DNA from: a virus
Taxonomy: Duplodnaviria > Caudoviricetes
Length of the DNA stretch: 62,375 nt
IMG/VR virus record: IMGVR_UViG_3300034112_001193
Span: 1 to 62,375 of that record
Reading direction: 5' to 3' (one strand)
Below the pieces are notes generated by a model. The model saw nothing but the letters and a program-made list of their open reading frames with translations, searched no databases and was not told where the DNA came from. Shown here in pieces: positions 55,823 to 62,375 of the stretch (within the stretch, counting starts at the first letter, position 1; each line of letters begins with the position of its first letter). The position numbers and the translations under genes were made by a program.

Positions 55823-56609
55823 AAGGTTCTTTTTCGGTGGGTTCGGATTTCACAGGTTCAGCCGGGAGTTCTGGTTGAATGCGGTTAAGCCAAGCAACAA
55901 CGAAGCGACGAGTTTTCCTGCGCCCCGGATTGGTTGCGATCCATGCGTCCATTTTCAGGAGTTCGGATTCGACATCGGTGTCAGGATAATGCCGGGATAA
56001 TTCGGACAAGAAGATTTCATCGCATTCTTTGGATTTGGTTTTTGGTTTCACTTCGACAACTTCAGCCACAATCTCAACAGGAGTTGCCGTCGATTCATCG
56101 ACGGTAGCAGTTTCTTTAGAAACTGCTTGTTGTTCTTCGATAGAAGAACAACTATCTATAAACATAGACTGTAAACATAATGTTGCCTTTTGGTTGATAC
56201 CATTTTCCAACGAACCTTGCAAGGGTGGTTGAGCGGATTTTTCAGAATCTTGCTGTTTTTTGCGCTTTTCAGCACTTTTCTTTCCACCCTCACTCGATTT
56301 GGTTTTCCATGCTAGTTGCTTCTGCTTTTCTGCCTGCAACCTCTCATGTACCAACACAGCACCACAGGGGGAACCAGTTTCCAAGGGTGGTTGAAACATG
56401 GTTAGCACCTTGCTTGCAAGCACAGGTGAAGCACCCTTGCCGATTAATCGTGCGGCAGCATCAGGATCAGCAGGTATCGACCCGTGTTGCCAGCAGTAGG
56501 AGAGCAGACGAATGTATGCCCCCTCCTCCTCCAGCGTCATCAGGGACACTCTCTGGCTACCTAGCCAGTCGGCGGGGTAGAATTGAAATGCGGGTGATTT
56601 AAATTTCAT
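55806..56609 (-). CDS. Replication initiator, YdaU/DUF1376 family
   Basis: PAFQFYPADWL...MTLEEEGAYIRLL.YCW..GSIP; C-terminal KM.AW...NP.R.KT.RFV..WL. Confidence 0.85.
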   Translation of the reverse strand: MKFKSPAFQFYPADWLGSQRVSLMTLEEEGAYIRLLSYCWQHGSIPADPDAAARLIGKGASPVLASKVLTMFQPPLETGSPCGAVLVHERLQAEKQKQLAWKTKSSEGGKKSAEKRKKQQDSEKSAQPPLQGSLENGINQKATLCLQSMFIDSCSSIEEQQAVSKETATVDESTATPVEIVAEVVEVKPKTKSKECDEIFLSELSRHYPDTDVESELLKMDAWIATNPGRRKTRRFVVAWLNRIQPELPAEPVKSEPTEKEPYDFSW

Positions 56610-56952
56610 TTATTAATTCTGTTATTTTAAAACGAGGATGACGCAATCCTCTAATTACTTTGCTTTCAATTTGCCTAACTCTTTCTCTGCCTCTTCCAAT
56701 TTGTTTTGAGATAGATGAAAGCGATTCAGGATTATTTCCACAAAAACCAAATCTTTTTATTATTACAAACTGTTCTTGTGGCGAAAATTGATTAATACAT
56801 TTAAATAAATATTCATTTATTAATTTAACATTTGCATTTTCATCAGGAGAAACAATTGATTCATCTTTAATTTCCAATATTTCATTTATATCAAAATCAA
56901 ATTCTTCAAAACATATCTTGGGATTTATAATTTTATTAATCATTTCAATCAT
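56599..56952 (-). CDS. Sigma-70 region-4 HTH protein
   Basis: P.EQ.VI..RFG......SL..I...IG..RERVRQIE.K..R.LRHP matches RpoD region 4; no region 2. Confidence 0.8.
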   Translation of the reverse strand: MIEMINKIINPKICFEEFDFDINEILEIKDESIVSPDENANVKLINEYLFKCINQFSPQEQFVIIKRFGFCGNNPESLSSISKQIGRGRERVRQIESKVIRGLRHPRFKITELINEI

Positions 56953-57274
56953 CTGCTATGCTTTTTTTAGTCTGGAAAATTCCTTTTAAGTCTGATTCTT
57001 GGCTCATAATCAGTCGAGCGTAGCAAGCCCGAAAATCGTTCGATAACTTGTAATCGTCCTCTGATTCGGTTGTCATGTAGTAGTTCCACCGGAGTACTTC
57101 GTACAACATTCCGATCCCGATCTTTGATTCTCTACGCTCCCGAAAGCGTCTGGCTAAATTCACAAGCGCATCGTAAACATGGGGGTTGGCGGCATGGAAT
57201 CGCTTAAAGCGTTCTGGGATGCTGTCCCCTTTGATTTCAACAAGTGGTTCAAGACTTAATTCTAACTGATTCAT
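56945..57274 (-). CDS. Conserved phage hypothetical protein
   Basis: F..FH..NP.VY.....A......IG...E..RW.....YKL.N...A.YAR pattern. Confidence 0.75.
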   Translation of the reverse strand: MNQLELSLEPLVEIKGDSIPERFKRFHAANPHVYDALVNLARRFRERRESKIGIGMLYEVLRWNYYMTTESEDDYKLSNDFRACYARLIMSQESDLKGIFQTKKSIADD

Positions 57275-57470
57275 ATTTATTTATTTTATTTTTTAATATT
57301 TTTACCAAGGAATCGAGTGCTTCTTCCCGATTCCATCTCAATCCTCCGGGGATCACATCATGCCAAGTGCCATCGATCTCGACTTCGTAGTCCCACCGTT
57401 CGCAATCGTCTTGATGCGCCGGGACGCAACGAAGAGGGAATCCCATAAATTCATTATGTTTTTCTTTCAT
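57249..57470 (-). CDS. Hypothetical protein
   Basis: MKEKHNEF... ORF. Confidence 0.5.
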   Translation of the reverse strand: MKEKHNEFMGFPLRCVPAHQDDCERWDYEVEIDGTWHDVIPGGLRWNREEALDSLVKILKNKINKYESVRIKS

Positions 57471-57783
57471 GTTTTTCCATTTGTTGAATTTCAAATTCAA
57501 GCATCTTAACTAATTTTTTAACATTTTTAAGATGTTTCTTTGCCGCAGTAATTGACGCAAATTCTGGGCATTTTTGTTGCTCTATAAAGTTAGACCACGA
57601 TAATAATTTATCATGTTCAAAGTCTTCAGTAAGAGACACATAAAATCCATTTCCTTTTGAGTCAAGGGTGACAAATGGTTCAGCCCAATTCGGACCATGA
57701 TTTGCAAGCCAAATTTCTAGGTCAGTTTGTATTATTTGTGCCAATTCTTGTTTTATTTTTACTGGATAAGGATATTGACTCAT
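57454..57783 (-). CDS. Hypothetical protein
   Basis: Start MSQYP at 57783 (ATGA overlap). Confidence 0.55.
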   Translation of the reverse strand: MSQYPYPVKIKQELAQIIQTDLEIWLANHGPNWAEPFVTLDSKGNGFYVSLTEDFEHDKLLSWSNFIEQQKCPEFASITAAKKHLKNVKKLVKMLEFEIQQMEKHERKT

Positions 57784-58775
57784 TTCTTTTTCTCCTCGAT
57801 CAATTTTGTGGTTTCGGGTTTGCGAATGGCATCTTCGGCGGAAGGATAATATTCGCGAGCATTTGCCCATTTCCTGAAATCTTCTGCACCGATATTACCG
57901 TAGAGTTCAGCTACTTCTTTGTAAGTTGCTCCACTAGCTTGTGCCGCTTCAGCCACATGATCTGGAGTGTATTCTTCCGCACCTTTTACTTTGCAAAGCC
58001 TCCAACCGGGTACTTCCTCGCCTCGCTCCAGTCGGGCTTTCGCTTCTTTTTTAGCCCAATCCCAAAGTTGACTTTTGAAGATGTTGCAAGCCTTGAGAAA
58101 CTTCCCAAGGTTGACTGGATCGGCAAGTTGTTCCCGCAGGGTATCAATTGATACCTCATTGTTGACCACCCGTAGCGTCTGCTCTGTTGGTTTGACAACT
58201 TGTGGGCAAGTAGATTTTTTAGCGCACCATGAACAATATTGGCAACTCGATGGAGTCTTATTTGGATCGTTGTATGCTTTAATAATCGATTCAACTAACC
58301 CTGTAGCCGAATCCATCGTGAACTTGTGTTCTACAACACGATTCTGATCAACGAATAGAAGGTAGCAAGTCCACTCTGGCTCAAAAAACCGAGTCATGTT
58401 GCCAAGAGCATATGCCCCCATTTGGGCCTCATAATCGTATATCTGTCCTGACTTTACATCGAACGAAACGCGAATATTTCGGGCGCGAATATCTTCTGTT
58501 CCCACATGATCCATGCCGGGGGTTTTGACCCAGAGTTCGGATTCACGGGTTTCGAGTTCGGTTCCTTCAGGAACCAAGCTCTTAACCATCTCGACGCCTC
58601 GCTTTGCCGCCTCCTGATCCTCGATTGATAGTTCTGCCATGCAATCCTCGCCTTGAAGAGTTCGGCGGATCACAGAGTCGATCTTTGTCCCCCTGCTTGC
58701 CGCCGGGGAGGTTCCCCCGGCGGATTCAAAGCATGGGCATTTTTGCAACTTCGGTAATGCTGAATGCCTGATCAT
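57780..58775 (-). CDS. PD-(D/E)XK (Cas4-like/DUF2800) exonuclease
   Basis: RHS.L.K...CP; RGT..D; GT.D; FDVKSG...Y..Q..AYALG; CQYCSWC....CP. Confidence 0.8.
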   Translation of the reverse strand: MIRHSALPKLQKCPCFESAGGTSPAASRGTKIDSVIRRTLQGEDCMAELSIEDQEAAKRGVEMVKSLVPEGTELETRESELWVKTPGMDHVGTEDIRARNIRVSFDVKSGQIYDYEAQMGAYALGNMTRFFEPEWTCYLLFVDQNRVVEHKFTMDSATGLVESIIKAYNDPNKTPSSCQYCSWCAKKSTCPQVVKPTEQTLRVVNNEVSIDTLREQLADPVNLGKFLKACNIFKSQLWDWAKKEAKARLERGEEVPGWRLCKVKGAEEYTPDHVAEAAQASGATYKEVAELYGNIGAEDFRKWANAREYYPSAEDAIRKPETTKLIEEKKK

Positions 58776-58776
58776 A

Positions 58777-59580
58777 TTATTCTTTTGTAGCGGTTGCGGC
58801 TTTCACGAATCCTTCAGGATTGGCGATGATCCGCTGACGGTATGCATTGTCAGGAAGGTCGCGCCATGTCTGCCCTGCATCGATCTGACCTTTGGTTGCG
58901 AGGAATGCGTTCACGGCAACCTCCTCCGCTCCGAGCGATGCCTCCATAGGTTCAACCCAGCTTTTATCTTCCGCAGGTTCTGGAGTTGTATCGACAACTT
59001 CCGCCTCAATCACGGGAGCAACCTCCTTGGCTTTCTTTACGAGTTTCGGCTTATCCTCAATTACAGGTGTGGCAGAAACTGCAACAGGTCCGAAATCTTG
59101 GACTTCTTCAGGAGTGTAAAACCCTTGAAGAACGGCAGGGTACACCCCGCGAACGGCATCGCTGACCACTCTGGCGCGAAGCATCTGCCGGGGGTATTTT
59201 TTCCAGTTGTCTTTGCCGCCGAGTCCTGCGGCTTTAGCCCTCTCCATGTCCCACTCGACATAGAGTGAGCCACCAGCAGGGTGAGAGAATGTGCCTGACA
59301 CTTTCGTATCTGTATAGTCTTTCCACTCGACCTTGCCTCCTGCGCTCTGGAATCGAGCAAGGATAGCGTCTGCTTTGAGTGCTGGTCTGCCTTGAATGAT
59401 GTGGTATTCGCTGGCAACTGTGCCGGGATGCCGCCCCTCTGCTTGAGCGACGATCATTAATGCTACTGCCTCCTCCTGACGCTTCATTCCGAAAAGCCCG
59501 GATTTGACGATATGGCTTGCCATTGCCTCCAGTTCGATGATTGGCAAGGGTGCTTGTGTGGTAGTTACAATTTGATTCAT
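58777..59580 (-). CDS. RecT/Bet-like single-strand annealing recombinase
   Basis: A..I.KSGLFG; HIIQGRPAL; A..AGL.GKDNWKKYP.QML.AR; G.YTPEEV.D. Confidence 0.85.
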   Translation of the reverse strand: MNQIVTTTQAPLPIIELEAMASHIVKSGLFGMKRQEEAVALMIVAQAEGRHPGTVASEYHIIQGRPALKADAILARFQSAGGKVEWKDYTDTKVSGTFSHPAGGSLYVEWDMERAKAAGLGGKDNWKKYPRQMLRARVVSDAVRGVYPAVLQGFYTPEEVQDFGPVAVSATPVIEDKPKLVKKAKEVAPVIEAEVVDTTPEPAEDKSWVEPMEASLGAEEVAVNAFLATKGQIDAGQTWRDLPDNAYRQRIIANPEGFVKAATATKE

Positions 59581-59584
59581 GTAT

Positions 59585-59719
59585 TTATTTTTTGTTTTGT
59601 GGTTTTGGTGGATACACGGTGGACCGAATCTTCGGAACCGTATTTTTGTTATTGATGCGGCAAAGCCGCAGATATGCCTCCGGTGGAAGGCAAGTTGGAT
59701 GGGTTTTTTCTATAGCCAT
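59585..59719 (-). CDS. Small hypothetical protein (44 aa)
   Basis: My translation MAIEKTHPTCLPPEAYLRLC...; fills the gap in frame. Confidence 0.45.
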   Translation of the reverse strand: MAIEKTHPTCLPPEAYLRLCRINNKNTVPKIRSTVYPPKPQNKK

Positions 59720-59721
59720 GT

Positions 59722-59850
59722 TTATTTATTTTTCTGCTGTTGTTCCCGGACATAGGCCCGGAAAAGTTGAAGAATGTGATTTTGCCCTGCTTTGAAGCTA
59801 ATGATGCAACAGGCAAAAACAAACGCCCCGGCAAACAACGCTTCGATCAT
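59722..59850 (-). CDS. Small membrane protein (42 aa)
   Basis: My translation MIEALFAGAFVFACCIISFKAG...; ATGA overlap. Confidence 0.45.
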   Translation of the reverse strand: MIEALFAGAFVFACCIISFKAGQNHILQLFRAYVREQQQKNK

Positions 59851-59963
59851 TTCTTGCCTCCGCTAATTGTCAGGGTCAGGAATGCGATTGCCGCAAGTGG
59901 AGCAAGCAACCAGAATGCTTCCCAGCAATGCTGGAGGGTGGTGAGTAGGGGTACTTCGTTCAT
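59847..59963 (-). CDS. Small membrane protein (38 aa)
   Basis: My translation MNEVPLLTTLQHCWEAFWLLAPLAAIAFLTLTISGGKK; first gene after the promoter. Confidence 0.45.
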   Translation of the reverse strand: MNEVPLLTTLQHCWEAFWLLAPLAAIAFLTLTISGGKK

Positions 59964-59972
59964 GGGATTTGA

Positions 59973-60001
59973 GGTGTATCCAGTCTGGTTAGGTTTGTCA
60001 A
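59973..60001 (-). promoter_or_regulatory. Sigma70-like promoter (TTGACA-17-TACACC) for the recombination/replication operon
   Basis: Perfect -35; AACCCAAGC (60017-25) and TATGACAC (60059-66) motifs just upstream, as at the other early promoters. Confidence 0.5.
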
Positions 60002-60074
60002 GCAGAGGTCCAAATTAACCCAAGCAATTTGGGTGGTCAATGGTTTTTTTTAAGATTTGTGTCATAGCGCGAAG

Positions 60075-60344
60075 CTAGTGTTTATGCGGCTCCACGGGCA
60101 ACCACTCATTTTTTGCCAACCCTTGCGCCAATGCCCATCTTGTCAAATCAGCAGTATTGCGAAGTCCAAATTTTTTGTGGAGATGGTCCCGGTGCTTCTC
60201 GACTGTCTTAATGCTGATGCCAAGCAAATCGGCGGTTTGCTGGTTGGTCAACCCGGATGCGAGATGCCCCGCCACTTCGCGTTCCCGCTTTGTGGCTGGA
60301 CGGGTTTGATTGGTTTTCAAAAGTGCCTGTAAAATATTTTTCAT
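60075..60344 (-). CDS. LuxR/GerE-type HTH transcription regulator (stand-alone)
   Basis: T.REREV...LA.GLTN...A..LGIS.KTVE.HR..L..K.G....A.L.R.A...GL. Confidence 0.9.
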   Translation of the reverse strand: MKNILQALLKTNQTRPATKREREVAGHLASGLTNQQTADLLGISIKTVEKHRDHLHKKFGLRNTADLTRWALAQGLAKNEWLPVEPHKH

Positions 60345-60359
60345 TTTTAAATTTGGTTT

Positions 60360-60384
60360 GGGGCGAGGGATTGAACCTCGCCCC
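60360..60384 (-). other. T-loop hairpin (tRNA minihelix-like), copy 1
   Basis: GGGGCGAGG-TTCAATC-CCTCGCCCC. Confidence 0.55.
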
Positions 60385-60392
60385 GATTGCGA

Positions 60393-61178
60393 TTAGTTGA
60401 GCAAGTATTGTTCGGTGAGGTTCCAGAGTTGCTTGTTTACTTTCAGGTCTGCGGCTGGAGCAGTCAGGCGGCGGATTCCAGAACCGGAGCGTCCTTTGGT
60501 CAGATTCTCTTGAACACGATTGAATGTTTGCCAGAGGTTCGTGCCGCCATCTGCGTAGCGACGAGCGCGATTCAAGTAGAACAGACGAGTGTCCCATTCC
60601 CGGCGATCTGCGAAGTCAGCATCGACCTCTGGTTGATCGTATCGGAGCGACAATGCATCGACCAGATACTGCTTTTGCGCGGCAGGCGTGAGTTCCTTGT
60701 TTTTGAACAGGCTCACACGCTCGACCAGTTGAGGCACATTGGAGCGAAGGTCATTCGCCGCCGAGATGAAGTCGCTCACCGAGGTATTGCGGTGATAGAC
60801 TTTCAAGGTCTGGAAAATGTCACCTGTGACAAGTCCGTTGAGGCAGGCAAACACTCGCAGACCGAGCGAGAGTTGCGCCGAGGAGGTTCCATCATGGCTG
60901 TTGATCAAAACAAATTCTGGAGCAACCTCGCCGCCGATATTGGCGATATCAGAATGCTGGAATTTGATGATGTGCTTTTGGAATCCACGATTCTCATCCT
61001 TGCGGACTTTGCCGTACTGGATTTGACGAGGAGTGTATCCAGACTCTCCGAGAGCATCGACGATCTCTTGGGTGGAGATGAATCCGTAGCGGTGGCTACG
61101 AGTCGGTGCGGCGTGAGTTGCCGTGATGGGGTTTGTGTTTACGAGTTCAGTTTCGAGTGTTGGGACGATGATGTTCAT
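60393..61178 (-). CDS. DUF932/DUF945 family protein
   Basis: S.RY.FI.T..I...L...G; F.KH..F; L.NSHDG.SS.Q...G..VF.C.NGLV; RR..D....LW.TFNRVQENL. Confidence 0.9.
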   Translation of the reverse strand: MNIIVPTLETELVNTNPITATHAAPTRSHRYGFISTQEIVDALGESGYTPRQIQYGKVRKDENRGFQKHIIKFQHSDIANIGGEVAPEFVLINSHDGTSSAQLSLGLRVFACLNGLVTGDIFQTLKVYHRNTSVSDFISAANDLRSNVPQLVERVSLFKNKELTPAAQKQYLVDALSLRYDQPEVDADFADRREWDTRLFYLNRARRYADGGTNLWQTFNRVQENLTKGRSGSGIRRLTAPAADLKVNKQLWNLTEQYLLN

Positions 61179-61200
61179 TTGGTTTGGTTTGGTTTGGTTG

Positions 61201-61226
61201 TGGGGCGAGGGGATAGAACCCTCGCC
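61201..61226 (-). other. T-loop hairpin (tRNA minihelix-like), copy 2, followed by CCA
   Basis: GGCGAGGG-TTCTATC-CCCTCGCC-CCA. Confidence 0.55.
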
Positions 61227-61235
61227 AATTAAAAA

Positions 61236-61610
61236 TTAAAAAGAATAATCGTAGTAATGATTACGCTTGCCGATTGCGAGACGCTGGCCGCGAATTGATT
61301 CGCCTTGTCGAACCCATGCGCCATTTTTGCGAAGCGTGAAGAAGCTGGGTGATCCGGTTCCGCGCTCAAAGGTGTATTCCTGCGAATCACTCATTCCGTT
61401 TTTGTCAATGCGTGTCGCGATGTCCTCAACGATGCCGACTCGTTTGCCGCTTTTGCTCACTTCGGTGATTGTGCAAGCTCTGCGGTCAGTCCATCCAAGA
61501 ATGGTTGCCCCCATTCCAACTTCCGGAGCGGCCATGCGGCAGCCGCTGACGATGTGGTTGATGAGTGATCCGGTTTGTGTTCCTGCTTTAAGTGGTGCTG
61601 CTGTTGTCAT
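61236..61610 (-). CDS. Conserved early phage hypothetical protein
   Basis: P.VGMGAT...TDR...TI..V...FTLRKNG.W...G....L.IG.R..YYD.SF. Confidence 0.75.
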   Translation of the reverse strand: MTTAAPLKAGTQTGSLINHIVSGCRMAAPEVGMGATILGWTDRRACTITEVSKSGKRVGIVEDIATRIDKNGMSDSQEYTFERGTGSPSFFTLRKNGAWVRQGESIRGQRLAIGKRNHYYDYSF

Positions 61611-61667
61611 TTTTTTTATTTGGTTTTTGTTTTTTTGTTCGTCGGCGGGTTGCCTTCGATGGAGATG

Positions 61668-61695
61668 ACAATATCGAACCTGCTTGGGTTATCAA
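61668..61695 (-). promoter_or_regulatory. Sigma70-like early promoter TTGATA-16-TATTGT (copy of 1078-1105)
   Basis: GCTTGGGTTATCAA shared exactly with 1092-1105, same -10. Confidence 0.6.
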
Positions 61696-61762
61696 GAATT
61701 ATTTTTAAATATTTTTTTGTCATACTTCAAAAAACTATTGACACTCGCAGAAGCCGATAAAA

Positions 61763-62026
61763 TCAGGCTTCGCAGGCTACCGCAGTCTTGCGAGGTCTTC
61801 CACCTTTCAATCCGTTGATTGCCGCCGCCAATCTTTTTTTGTCGGTCGATGCACTTCCTCCACGCTTTCCAATCTCTGAAAGAAAGCGTCGAACGGAAGA
61901 CGGGAGAGGATCATTTTTGGTTTTCATTTGCCTTTGATTTTTTGTGTGCGGACCAGTCGATAGCCGCGAAGTTTTCCTGATACTTTTTTGATGCCGTGTT
62001 GGTCCGGGGTTTGTCACCCTTGCCAT
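61763..62026 (-). CDS. Small basic KGG/GGRP-motif protein
   Basis: FLSEIGKRGG.......AA..NG.KGGRPRK; start may be MKTKND at 61927. Confidence 0.6.
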   Translation of the reverse strand: MARVTNPGPTRHQKSIRKTSRLSTGPHTKNQRQMKTKNDPLPSSVRRFLSEIGKRGGSASTDKKRLAAAINGLKGGRPRKTAVACEA

Positions 62027-62056
62027 TCCGGGACCATTCAGAATCCTTTACCGTGT

Positions 62057-62362
62057 TCACGATTTCGGTTCCTGCTCTTGCTCATCAAACCTGACAACAT
62101 TGTCAGGGTTTTCTTGTGCTTCTTGCGTTGGAGTTGCCACAACTCCACGAAGGTGCAGTTGCTCTAAAAGCGCACTCGCAACCATAAGGCGGAAGCTGAA
62201 GAGTTTTGCATTGTGCATGAGATCATGGAACACATCGTCCTTGGTGATCTTCTCGAAATCGATCCCGGCGAGGATCGACTGGATGGAGTTCTGCACCTCT
62301 TGCTCCGGGGTTCCCGGCATTTCAGGTGCTTCGTTGTTGGTATTGTTATTATCGTTATTCAT
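62057..62362 (-). CDS. Hypothetical protein
   Basis: 101 aa; continues from ORF 116-343 across the circular junction (ATGA overlap). Confidence 0.65.
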   Translation of the reverse strand: MNNDNNNTNNEAPEMPGTPEQEVQNSIQSILAGIDFEKITKDDVFHDLMHNAKLFSFRLMVASALLEQLHLRGVVATPTQEAQENPDNVVRFDEQEQEPKS

Positions 62363-62375
62363 GTATTTGGTTTTC
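62250..62375. repeat. 126-bp terminal direct repeat (copy 2)
   Basis: Identical to 11-136. Confidence 0.9.

Noticed and set aside
57780-58775. Cas4-like nuclease as part of a CRISPR system
   Set aside because: No repeat-spacer array or other cas genes seen; it is paired with a RecT-like gene as a standard recombination module.

Overview
This window is an essentially complete, circularly permuted dsDNA tailed-phage genome of about 62.2 kb. Positions 11-136 are repeated exactly at 62250-62375, which I read as an assembly overlap. All credible genes are on the minus strand and tightly packed, with ATGA/TAATG overlaps. In transcription order the modules are: (1) an early/host-takeover region with repeated promoter elements, DUF932 and a LuxR HTH; (2) recombination/replication genes (RecT-like, Cas4-like PD-(D/E)XK nuclease, sigma-70 region-4 protein, YdaU/DUF1376 initiator, DnaC-like loader, SSB, RusA-like); (3) TerS, MazG, GT4, dCMP deaminase and a gp88-like gene; (4) TerL, portal, scaffold, tRNA-Leu(TAA), tRNA-Ile2(CAT), two glycosyltransferases and the major capsid protein; (5) a collagen fibre, lysis genes, a second collagen fibre and two beta-helix tailspikes; (6) a podovirus-type adaptor and nozzle; (7) an ejection-protein block ending in a 3152-aa polyvalent protein, followed by tRNA-fMet. 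I saw no integrase, DNA polymerase, tape measure, RT or CRISPR array. The best candidate for an undescribed system is 12.6-17.1 kb. There, five genes starting Met-Gly-Gly, three of which end in a shared NxFx[LM]Px4[LI]xFGG[TM] tail, alternate with a GNAT-like protein, a PP-loop (PAPS-reductase-family) ATPase and a YkgJ-type Cys-cluster protein. This suggests a post-translational modification/ligation system for ejected virion proteins. Other points of interest are FMPAE-delimited effector cassettes in the giant protein, possible virion glycosylation, and several structured non-coding RNAs. All family assignments come from motif recognition by eye, not database searches.
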